Made by a program: the position numbers and the translations under genes. A DNA stretch of 61,263 nucleotides from Gemmatimonadota bacterium (GTDB lineage: Bacteria > Gemmatimonadota > Gemmatimonadetes > Gemmatimonadales > GWC2-71-9): assembly GCA_046728135.1 (NCBI GenBank), contig JBKPDZ010000036.1, positions 1 to 61,263 on the forward strand, given 5' to 3'. The notes under the pieces were generated by a model. It searched no databases, was not told the DNA's origin, and worked only from the letters and a program-made list of their open reading frames with translations. Below are positions 52,510 to 61,263 of this stretch, one piece after another (within the stretch, counting starts at the first letter, position 1; each line of letters opens with the position of its first letter).

Positions 52510-53058
52510 ATGCGCTGCCTTGCCCTCAACGCCTCATTCGAGCCGCTCACGATGGTCCCCGTCCGTCGGGCGCTGCGGCTGGTCATTGACGGCAAGGCCG
52601 AGGTCGTCGAGGCGGAGGGAACGCCAGTCCACAGTGAGCGAATGGCGGTGCCACGTCCCGCCGTCATTCGCCTGGTTCGCTTCGTCCACGTTCCGCGCCG
52701 CTTCCGCCGCCAAGTTACCAACACATTCCTGTTTGCCCGCGACAACTACCGGTGCCAATTCTGCGGCCGCACGCAGCAGGACCTCCGGCAACGCGAGTGC
52801 CTGACGCGCGATCACCTGGTCCCGCTCTCACGCGGCGGCACGAACGCCTGGACGAACGTCCTGACCGCCTGCTCGAGCTGCAACACCCGCAAGGGGAACT
52901 TGCTGCCCGAAGAAGTGGGCATGCACCCCCTGCGCCCGCCCCACGAGCCGCACTTTGTGCACCTCTCGTGGGCGGTGCGTCGTCTCACGCGGACGCAGGC
53001 GAAGTACATCCGGCTCTTCTACGGAGCCGATGTGCTGGCGACCCTCGAGGCCATGTAA
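52510..53058 (+). CDS. HNH endonuclease family protein
   Basis: ATG at 52510 gives MRCLALNASFEPL…, with RDNYRCQFCG…DHLVPLSRGGTNAWTNVLTACSSCNTRKGN (the HNH core with two CxxC pairs). Confidence 0.85.
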   Translation: MRCLALNASFEPLTMVPVRRALRLVIDGKAEVVEAEGTPVHSERMAVPRPAVIRLVRFVHVPRRFRRQVTNTFLFARDNYRCQFCGRTQQDLRQRECLTRDHLVPLSRGGTNAWTNVLTACSSCNTRKGNLLPEEVGMHPLRPPHEPHFVHLSWAVRRLTRTQAKYIRLFYGADVLATLEAM

Positions 53059-53456
53059 TGGCGCAGACGCCATGGGTGGTGGCGGGCGCGGCGGCAATCG
53101 CGCTCGCCGGAGTGGTGTTCTTCACCCGGCCGGCCACGGGGTCGATTCACCCGGACCCGCGGCCCGGCATCACCGCCGCGAAGATCCTTCCCGACTTTGC
53201 GATTCCGAAGCATCCAGGGGCCATGGAAGCGTACGCGGCGGCGCGGCGCGCGCCGGCGACGTTGGACGGCGTGTATTGTCACTGCGACTGCTCGAAACAC
53301 GCGGGACACCGCTCGCTGCTGACCTGCTTCGAGTCGGATCACGGCGCCTTCTGCGACATTTGCATGGGGGAGGCGATGTTGGCGAGCCGGATGGCGGCGC
53401 GCGGCCAATCGCTGCTCGACATTCGCGCGGCTATCGACCGTCAGTTCGGAACGTAG
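53058..53456 (+). CDS. PCYCGC-motif-like membrane-anchored cysteine-rich protein
   Basis: ATG overlaps the HNH stop (TAATG). TM anchor, then YCHCDCSKHAGHRSLLTCFESDHGAFCDICMGEA, which resembles the PCYCGC domain family. Confidence 0.6.
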   Translation: MAQTPWVVAGAAAIALAGVVFFTRPATGSIHPDPRPGITAAKILPDFAIPKHPGAMEAYAAARRAPATLDGVYCHCDCSKHAGHRSLLTCFESDHGAFCDICMGEAMLASRMAARGQSLLDIRAAIDRQFGT

Positions 53457-54045
53457 GACTCCGCGCCTCGAGACGCTCCCGCGGTAACCCCGCGAGGCGC
53501 ACCAACACCCGTTGCGCCCCGCGCGCCAGCGCCGCACCGATGTTGCCTTCTCCTGAGACCGCGGGACCGACGTCGCCCGACAGCCACCGCGACAATTCCT
53601 GCAAGTCGGTGTCGTTGAGCGTCGTCACCTCGAGTCGCGCGACGAAGTAATATCGCCCCCCAGACGTCGAGCTCGGACGCAGCGTGACGGTGTAGGGAAT
53701 TTCGAGCGAGGTCGTGAGCTGCTCGGACGTGGCGAAGCGGCTCATCACGCCTCCCTGCCGGATGAGCACGAAGTCGTCGGCCAGCGGATCATTGCGCGCG
53801 ACGGCGTCCCAGGTCACCTCGCGCACGAATTGATCGAACCAGCCGGCGCGCACGCGCCACAGCTCGAGCCGGTAGTGAAGCCGCAGCGGAAAGCCTGAGC
53901 GCATCAGCTCCACGAACTTGCCGTTGGCCAGCAAGCCGGTACTGCGCACGCGCGGCAGATTGTCCTTGAGCGTGACCGTGAGCGTGGGCGTTTGCGCGAC
54001 GCCGACCTGTGGTAGGAACAGGAGGGCCGCGAGACCGAGGCGCAC
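53431..54045 (-). CDS. DUF4390-like secreted protein
   Basis: Signal peptide, then beta-rich sequence (…LHYRLELWR…YYFVARLEV…). It is the last gene of the HK / sigma-54 RR / Omp85 operon. The family call is made from memory of the DUF4390-ntrYX association. Confidence 0.65.
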   Translation of the reverse strand: MRLGLAALLFLPQVGVAQTPTLTVTLKDNLPRVRSTGLLANGKFVELMRSGFPLRLHYRLELWRVRAGWFDQFVREVTWDAVARNDPLADDFVLIRQGGVMSRFATSEQLTTSLEIPYTVTLRPSSTSGGRYYFVARLEVTTLNDTDLQELSRWLSGDVGPAVSGEGNIGAALARGAQRVLVRLAGLPRERLEARSPTFRTDGR

Positions 54046-54046
54046 T

Positions 54047-55779
54047 CTAGAACCGGTGATCGAGCCGAACCGTGAAGCGCAGCCGTTCGCCGGTAGTGAC
54101 CGCCTTGGCTATGTAGACTCCGAGTCCACCCCAATCGATGCCCAGCCCCGCGTCCACGAGCCAACTCGAGAACGCAGGAATCCTGCCGGCGGGCACGTGC
54201 CCGGGGCCGCTGCCCACGAGCCACGCCTGGCCCGCGTCGGCGAACACGACCACGTCGAGCCCTTCGAGCCAGAAGAACTTCGGCCCGCCGCCTTCGTCAC
54301 GCTCGGGCTTGTCGTCTTTCGACGGGTTGTAGCTCCAGTTGAGCTTCACGTGCCCGCGGTATTCGGTCTGGAACGCGATGACCCGATCGCATGCGGCGAC
54401 GTTCGCCTGCGCGAGCGTGGAGTCGGTGAACGAGTTGTTGCACGCCGCGCCGCGGAACGGATGGCCGGGCATGGGATCGGGACCGCCGAGCGAAAAGCGC
54501 CGCTGCAACGGCAGCGGATCACCGCCAACCCACCCACCGCCAATGAGGCGGACATTGACGCGGCCCCCCGGGCTGATGCGGGCGTAGTGGCGAATGTCGA
54601 AGAAGATGCGATCGAAGCGATAGGATCCCGTCGGGATCGAGTCGCGGAGCCCCGCCGGGACTCCCGTGTTGGGCACGACGTCTTTGCTCCGGGAATCCTC
54701 GAAGGTCGTCCGGATCAGCCAGCCCGACGTGGGTTCTTCCGGATCGTTGCGGGCGTCCAAGACACCTCCCAACGCGATCGTCGTGAAGTGTCCCTCGTCG
54801 ATGGTCGGGTTGGGACGCCAGAGGTCGGAATTGCGGAACACCGTCCACGGATCCTGGTTGGCGACGCTCGTCTGCCACTCGCGACGCACCTCGAGTGACA
54901 ATCCGATCTCTCGCTCCGGCTGGGCGAAGGCCCGCGCGCCCCACCCTTTGTTCAGGAAATAGTCGCGGTAGTCTCGCCCAAACAGGAACGCGCTCCAGCC
55001 GATCTCCGCGTTGTGCAGTCCCCAGTCTTCCACCGGCGACACCACGTCGAACGCGCGCAACCCGAGACCGACAGCCCGCACCTCGCCCGCGCGCAGCTCG
55101 CCGCGGAACATGTAGCCGAGATCGCTGCGCTTGTCGGAGAGATCACCGGCGGACCGGAACACCCCCAGGGCATCGATGCGCATCCGGAAATCGCGCCTGA
55201 GCTTCCAGTCGAACAGCGGCCCGAACACGATCGGCAGCCCTTCTACGCGGTTGAACGTGCCACCAGTCGCGATCGTGAGGGCGGAGCGTGAGTCGGCCGT
55301 CCCCCAGGAGACCTGGGCACCGGGATTCCAGAGCCAGTGCCGGAGATTCGGCGCGTACACCAGCTCGTCGCCATCCTTGCGCAGGCGATACAGCAGCGGC
55401 TCGCGATATTGGCGCAATTCGCCGCCGATGTGGACCTTCGTCGTGTCGTCCACGATCCCGCCGACCACGATCACGTCGCCGGTGACCTCGGCTCCGGCAT
55501 CGAACACGAGGTCGCCGTTGATCACCACGAGCGTGCCCTGGATCCGGCCCGCGACGAGCACCGGGCCGTTGCGGACGGCCACGCTGCCGCGCCACTCGTT
55601 GCCGTGCGGCAGCTTGGTGCGGCCCACGAGCCGGGTGGTCCCCGGCGCGTTGTAGAACGCGATGACTTCGTCGGACACGACCCGCGGCAGCGCACGCGCT
55701 TCCAGCGACACGCTGGAGCTTTCGGCATGAATGACGATCGTCGTGTCCTGCACCGTGGCCAGCGCTAACAGCAGAGTGA

Positions 55780-55783
<4 letters not shown>
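54047..55783 (-). CDS. Omp85/BamA-TamA family outer-membrane protein with an N-terminal bactofilin-like beta-helical region
   Basis: The N-terminal repeats …VAGRIQGTLVVINGDLVFDAGAEVTGDVIVVGGIV… look polymer-forming/bactofilin-like. The C-terminal beta-barrel contains RFSLGG and ends …VRLDHRF (terminal Phe). Confidence 0.72.
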
Positions 55784-57164
<1,381 letters not shown>

Positions 57165-57168
<4 letters not shown>

Positions 57169-58385
57169 GTGAGGGGAAGGGGGATGGGGGAGGGGGGAGG
57201 GGGAAAGACAATTGAAAAGGTGGCTCCACCACCAGGCGTGTCACTCACGCTGATCGTGCCCCGGTGCGCCTCCAGCGTGTTGCGCACGAGTGCCAACCCC
57301 AGCCCTGTACCATCGCTCTTGGTCGTGAAGTAGGGCTCGAACACCCGGTGCCGCAGTTCGGGAGGGATGCCGGGACCGTGATCGGCGATCGTCACCGCGA
57401 GTCCCGCGCCGTCGCCCGTCACGGTCACATCGATTGCGCCGCGTCCCTGCATTGCCTCGGCGGCGTTGCGATAAAGATTCGCGAACGCGCGCCGCAGTGG
57501 CTCATAGTGACCGAGTAGCGTGCGTGGCCCGCCATTCGCGTGGAGCGTGACGCGCACGTCGACTGGCACGCCGGTGCGTCCCAGTTCCTCGAGCAGCTCG
57601 ACTAGATCGATTTCGCTCTGCGGGCCCTCGGGCAGCCGCCCGAACTCGGAGAACTCCTTGGCCAGCCGCTCCAGCCGGTCGGTTTCCGCTTCCAAAACCT
57701 GCACTGCCGTTTCCGTCCGGCTGTCCAACGGTCCGACGGTCCGGCGCATTTGATCGACCGCAATGCGCATCGAGGTCAGCGGGTTCTTGATTTCGTGCGC
57801 CACCCTTCGCGCCACTTCGCGGAACGCGCGCAGACGCTCCGCCTCGAGCTCGCGCTCGCGCGCGGCCTCCAGCGCGGCGGCCAGCTCGCGCAGCGCCTGG
57901 CGCAGCGCTTCGAACTCCGGGGCGCCGCGGGTCGTGGGCCACGTCGGCAGTGGCTCGTGCCGCCGAATGAGTTGTGTCCACCCAACGAGCTCGTCGATGG
58001 GACGTGAGAGCTGGCGCGACAGGTGGCCGGCCAGGTTCACCGCGGCGTACAGAACCGTGGCACCGAGCAGCACGATGACCACCGCGAACCCGGCCGTGTA
58101 ATAGCGCAGGAATGTTTCGGCGCGACGGGCGAGGCTGACGGACGCCGAGACCTCGTTGAAGTGGTCGCGGAGCAGGGCGCGCTCGCGGACCGCGAGGTGC
58201 AGCGTATCCACGCCGTCCAGCAGCAACCGCGCGCTCGAGGCGACGCGTTCGGTCGAGGCGCGTGCTCCGGCGGACGGCAGCAGTCGGCGCACTGACAACA
58301 CCCAGCCGGCGACCGCCAGGACCGTCGGCACCACGGTCATCACGACGAGCACGACGAAGATTCGCCGCCTGAATGGAAGCGCCAT
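57165..58385 (-). CDS. Sensor histidine kinase (NtrY-like; TM-HAMP-HisKA-HATPase)
   Basis: H-box VAHEIKNPLT, N box, and G boxes DHGPGI and GTGLGLA. I prefer ATG 58385 (MALPFRRRIFVV…) over the track's TTG 58424. Confidence 0.88.
57171..57205. repeat. G-rich heptamer array (NGGGGGA) x 5
   Basis: Reads GAGGGGA AGGGGGA TGGGGGA GGGGGGA GGGGGAA on the plus strand. It lies at the HK 3' end, encoding …FPPPPSPIPLPLT*, 3 nt from the RR start codon. It has a strong G-quadruplex-type pattern. Confidence 0.85.
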
Positions 58386-58441
58386 ATTTGAGGCCAATTT
58401 AGGGATTGGGTTTGGCTGTGACAATTCGACACGGGGGATTG

Positions 58442-58861
58442 ATGAAGGCGCGCACCCACTACCTATGGTTCAACACGAAGCGGCGTCAGGAGATCATCGA
58501 TATCACCGACGAGGTGGCGCAGCAGGTCGACGCGAGCGAGGTGCGTGAGGGCTTTGTCCTGGTGAGCGCCATGCACATCTCCGCATCCGTGTTCGTCAAC
58601 GACCATGAGTCAGGCCTGTGGGAGGACATTCTGAAATGGCTCGAGGGCACGATCGCGCCATGGGACCCACCACGATATCGCCACAATGAAACGGGAGAAG
58701 ACAATGCGGCGGCGCATCTGCGCAGTCTGACCATCGGTCATGAAGTCATCGTCCCGATCACGGCGGGCAGACTCGACTTTGGGCCGTGGCAGCGCGTGTT
58801 TTATGGCGAATGGGACGGGCAAAGAAAGAAACGGGTGATCATCAAGGTTCTGGGGGAATGA
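58442..58861 (+). CDS. yjbQ: YjbQ/UPF0047 family protein (secondary thiamine-phosphate synthase enzyme)
   Basis: ATG at 58442. …ITDEV…G.V.VS..HISASV.VNDHE… and …NAAAHLRS… are the canonical YjbQ pattern. 139 aa. Confidence 0.85.
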   Translation: MKARTHYLWFNTKRRQEIIDITDEVAQQVDASEVREGFVLVSAMHISASVFVNDHESGLWEDILKWLEGTIAPWDPPRYRHNETGEDNAAAHLRSLTIGHEVIVPITAGRLDFGPWQRVFYGEWDGQRKKRVIIKVLGE

Positions 58862-58865
58862 CCGT

Positions 58866-59291
58866 ATGAGGGCGTTACTGTTTTTCGCGCTGCTTGTCAT
58901 CCCGCCGCAGGATGCGGACACGCGCGCATTGCTGAAGCTGGAGGATGATTGGGCGAGTGCGCTCGTGAAGCGCGACCGCGTCGTGTTCGAGCGCTTGCTG
59001 GCCGACGGCTTCGTCTACACGGAGAATGATCAGACGATGGATCGGGCAACCGTGCTCAATGTGATCGTCGCCGGATCCGATACCGTGGTGGCGGCCCACA
59101 ACGACTCGATGGTCGTCCATCGATTCGGACCGGTCACGGCCGTGGTGACCGGATGGCTCGTCGTCGGCGGTCGGGGACCAAACGGTGAGTTTCGGCGCCG
59201 ATACCGGTTCACGGACACCTGGGTCAAGCGGGGCGGCGCCTGGCAGATTGTGGCGGCGCAGGATTACCCGATCGGCTTCTCAGGACCGTAG
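58866..59291 (+). CDS. DUF4440/SnoaL-like (NTF2-fold) protein, secreted
   Basis: Signal-like N-terminus, then LKLEDDWASALVKRD…FVYTENDQ…FTDTWVKRGGAWQIVAAQ, typical of DUF4440. Confidence 0.75.
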   Translation: MRALLFFALLVIPPQDADTRALLKLEDDWASALVKRDRVVFERLLADGFVYTENDQTMDRATVLNVIVAGSDTVVAAHNDSMVVHRFGPVTAVVTGWLVVGGRGPNGEFRRRYRFTDTWVKRGGAWQIVAAQDYPIGFSGP

Positions 59292-59311
59292 TCCGCTGTA
59301 GTTTCCTTGCC

Positions 59312-59917
59312 GTGCATACGCCTCAGCCGGTGGTGCTCGAGGGTCACGGCATTCGTCTCGAGCCGTTGAGCGAACAGCACACCGATGCGCTCGCCGCGGC
59401 CGCGAGTGACGGCCGGTTGTGGGAACTGTGGTTCGTCGCCGTGCCGCCGCCCGAAGGCATGCGCACCTACGTCGCCGATGCGCTGCAGGGCCAGCGCGAC
59501 GGGCACATGCTGCCCTGGATTGTTCGCGACGTCCCCAGCGGGGCGATCATCGGCTCGACACGCTATCACGATATCGCGCCGGCGATCGATCGTGTCGAAA
59601 TCGGCCACACCTGGTACGGGCAGAGTCGCCAACGCACGCACGTCAACACCACCTGCAAGTTGCTGCTGCTCGGTCACGCGTTCGACACGCTCGGCTGTCA
59701 GGTGGTCGGCCTGCGGACCGACAACTTCAACTTTCGCTCCCAGCGCGCCATCGAAGCGCTCGGCGCCAAAAAGGACGGCGTCATTCGACATTATGGCATC
59801 CGTCGCGACGGCAGCGCGCGTGATGTGGTGATGTATAGCATTCTCGCGGCGGAATGGCCGGACGTGCGTCGCTTTCTGGAGCTGCGGCTGACCCGCCATC
59901 GCGCGGAGGATCCGTAA
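59312..59917 (+). CDS. GNAT family N-acetyltransferase (RimJ/RimL-like)
   Basis: GTG start. …LRLEPLSEQH…, EIGHTWYG and …LGC.VVGLRTDNFNFRSQRAIEALGA…. Confidence 0.85.
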   Translation: MHTPQPVVLEGHGIRLEPLSEQHTDALAAAASDGRLWELWFVAVPPPEGMRTYVADALQGQRDGHMLPWIVRDVPSGAIIGSTRYHDIAPAIDRVEIGHTWYGQSRQRTHVNTTCKLLLLGHAFDTLGCQVVGLRTDNFNFRSQRAIEALGAKKDGVIRHYGIRRDGSARDVVMYSILAAEWPDVRRFLELRLTRHRAEDP

Positions 59918-61263
59918 CCGCACCGGTCCTGACGCGTCGGTTCGGCCTGCTGCACGCCACGGCGCTCAACATGACGAACATGATCGGGATCGGGCCCTTC
60001 ATCACGATCCCGCTCCTCATGTCGGCGCTCGGCGGGCCGCAGGCGATGCTGGGCTGGGCCATCGCACTCATTATCGTCTTGTGCGACGGGATGGTCTGGA
60101 GCGAGCTGGGCGCGGCACTGCCGGGATCGGGTGGATCGTTCGCCTACCTGCGCCACGGCTACGGCCCGGCGACCGTCGGTCGCCTCATGGGCTTTCTGTT
60201 CGTCTGGCAATTCGTGCTGAGCGGCCCGCTCGAAATCGCGTCCGGCTACATCGGCTTCTCGCAATATCTCGGCTACATCTGGAAGGGCATCACGGCGCGC
60301 CAGACCATGCTCGTGGTGACGACGATCGGCATCGTGAATATCGCGCTGCTGTACCGGCGCATCACATCCATCGCGAAGATCACACTCACATTGTGGATCG
60401 GCACGATTCTCACGGTGATCGTTGTCGTCGTGACCGGTGCGTTCCATTTCGACCATCGCGTCGCGTTCGACTTTCCGCCGGGCGCGTTCAACTTCTCGAT
60501 CGGGTTTTTCCTCGGACTCGGCGCGGCCTCGCGAATCGGCGTCTATGATTATCTCGGCTACTACGACGTGTGCTATATCGGCGACGAGGTCCAGAACCCC
60601 GGCCGTGTGATCCCACGCTCGATTCTCCTGAGCACGGTGGCCGTGGCGTTGATCTATGTCGCAATCAATTTCTCGATCATCGGCGTCGTGCCCTGGCGGG
60701 AATTCGTTCCCGCCGCCTCGCACCCGCAGTCCAATTTCGTCGTGTCGATTTTCATGGAACGGATCTACGGGTCGGGATTTGCGACCGTGTTCACGGCGAT
60801 GATCCTGTGGACCGCGTTCGGCTCCGTGTTCGCGCTGCTGCTCGGGTACTCGCGTGTTCCCTATGCCGCGGCCAAAGACGGCTACTTCTTCCGCGTGTTC
60901 GCCCGGTTGCACCCGTCGCAGGGATTCCCGTACATCTCCCTCGTCGTGCTGGGGATCATCTCGATCCTCGCGGGCTTCGCGTCGTTGGGCACGGTGATCG
61001 ATGCCCTCATTACGATGCGCATTCTCGTGCAGTTCATCGGTCAGATCGGCGCGGTGACGTTACTGCGCCGTCGCGCCCCGGACATGCCGCGGCCGTACCG
61101 GATGTGGCTGTATCCCCTGCCGAGTCTGGTTGCGCTCCTGGGATGGATCTTCATTTTTGCCACCACCCCGCCCACCGTGATCGCATTCGGGCTCGGCGCA
61201 TTGCTGCTCGGCGTGGTCAGTTTTGCCGTGTGGTCATGGAAGGGAAGAACTTGGCCGTTCGAC
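59854..61263 (+). CDS. APC-family amino acid permease (3' end lies outside the window)
   Basis: This frame is open from 59854 to the window end, so it is absent from the ORF track. It translates as …LTRRFGLLHATALNMTNMIGIGPFITIP…GSGGSFAYL… with 10 or more TM helices. The ATG at 59854 is the only canonical start upstream of the conserved N-terminus, so the start is uncertain. Confidence 0.85.
   Translation, partial: MAGRASLSGAAADPPSRGGSVTAPVLTRRFGLLHATALNMTNMIGIGPFITIPLLMSALGGPQAMLGWAIALIIVLCDGMVWSELGAALPGSGGSFAYLRHGYGPATVGRLMGFLFVWQFVLSGPLEIASGYIGFSQYLGYIWKGITARQTMLVVTTIGIVNIALLYRRITSIAKITLTLWIGTILTVIVVVVTGAFHFDHRVAFDFPPGAFNFSIGFFLGLGAASRIGVYDYLGYYDVCYIGDEVQNPGRVIPRSILLSTVAVALIYVAINFSIIGVVPWREFVPAASHPQSNFVVSIFMERIYGSGFATVFTAMILWTAFGSVFALLLGYSRVPYAAAKDGYFFRVFARLHPSQGFPYISLVVLGIISILAGFASLGTVIDALITMRILVQFIGQIGAVTLLRRRAPDMPRPYRMWLYPLPSLVALLGWIFIFATTPPTVIAFGLGALLLGVVSFAVWSWKGRTWPFD

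Noticed and set aside
52510-53058. The HNH endonuclease as a marker of a mobile element, restriction system or defence island
   Set aside because: No neighbouring methyltransferase, integrase, phage, intron/intein or other defence gene is present. The flanks are argH and a conserved small membrane protein, and the composition matches the surroundings.
59791-60912. A 373-aa minus-strand ORF at the window end
   Set aside because: It is antisense to the open-ended APC permease frame, which has clear TM helices and family motifs. The antisense product is Arg/Asp/His-rich.

Overview
This is a 61.3-kb, visibly high-GC (about two-thirds G+C by eye, not computed) bacterial chromosomal segment that is almost entirely coding. 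I call 67 protein-coding genes. I found no rRNA, tRNA, CRISPR array, transposase, integrase or phage genes.

Gene content is mostly housekeeping:
- A very compact minus-strand gene train of about 17 kb (10724-28010): GT9, hypothetical, DnaB-C-like, yebC, ruvC, ruvA, small Zn-ribbon ORF, ruvB, queA, tgt, yajC, def, fmt, thiE, thiS, thiG, rsmB, PASTA protein, rpe, tlpA-like, ybbR-like, tsaD, lgt.
- An LPS/glycan cluster (27021-38441): heptosyltransferase, PorX-like REC-PglZ regulator, MsbA-like exporter, two GT2 and five GT4 genes including two tandem paralog pairs.
- tyrS and a class A PBP.
- argR with argG-argH and a candidate ARG-box operator.
- Two sigma-54 activators, one in an NtrY/NtrX-like operon with an Omp85-family protein and a DUF4390 protein.
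- Both window ends cut genes: a TamB-like C-terminus at the 5' end and an APC permease at the 3' end.

The PorX-type regulator, a T9SS-like sorting domain, the DUF1080 + Gfo/Idh/MocA pair and the GC content suggest a Gemmatimonadota-, Acidobacteria- or FCB-like Gram-negative. I cannot assign taxonomy from the sequence alone.

I do not see a clear novel multi-gene defence or mobile system. The most unusual signal is non-genic. At least 14 loci are built from tandem 7-10-nt words. Four of them form a word array followed by its complement array, giving 25-32 bp hairpins. Each locus uses a different word, and some sit in frame inside conserved genes (tgt, rsmB, queA, rpe).

Separately:
- There are three copies of a GTAG-headed 28-nt REP-type palindrome.
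- Three genes have conserved N-termini with no in-frame ATG/GTG/TTG. The candidate starts are ATT, CTG and ATC, each next to the upstream stop.
- A tightly coupled Zn-ribbon mini-ORF lies between ruvA and ruvB.
- There are several unusual domain fusions: cytochrome c-FTR1, patatin-ferredoxin, and a DnaB C-terminal-domain-only ATPase.

All family calls come from reading the translated ORFs. No database search was run.
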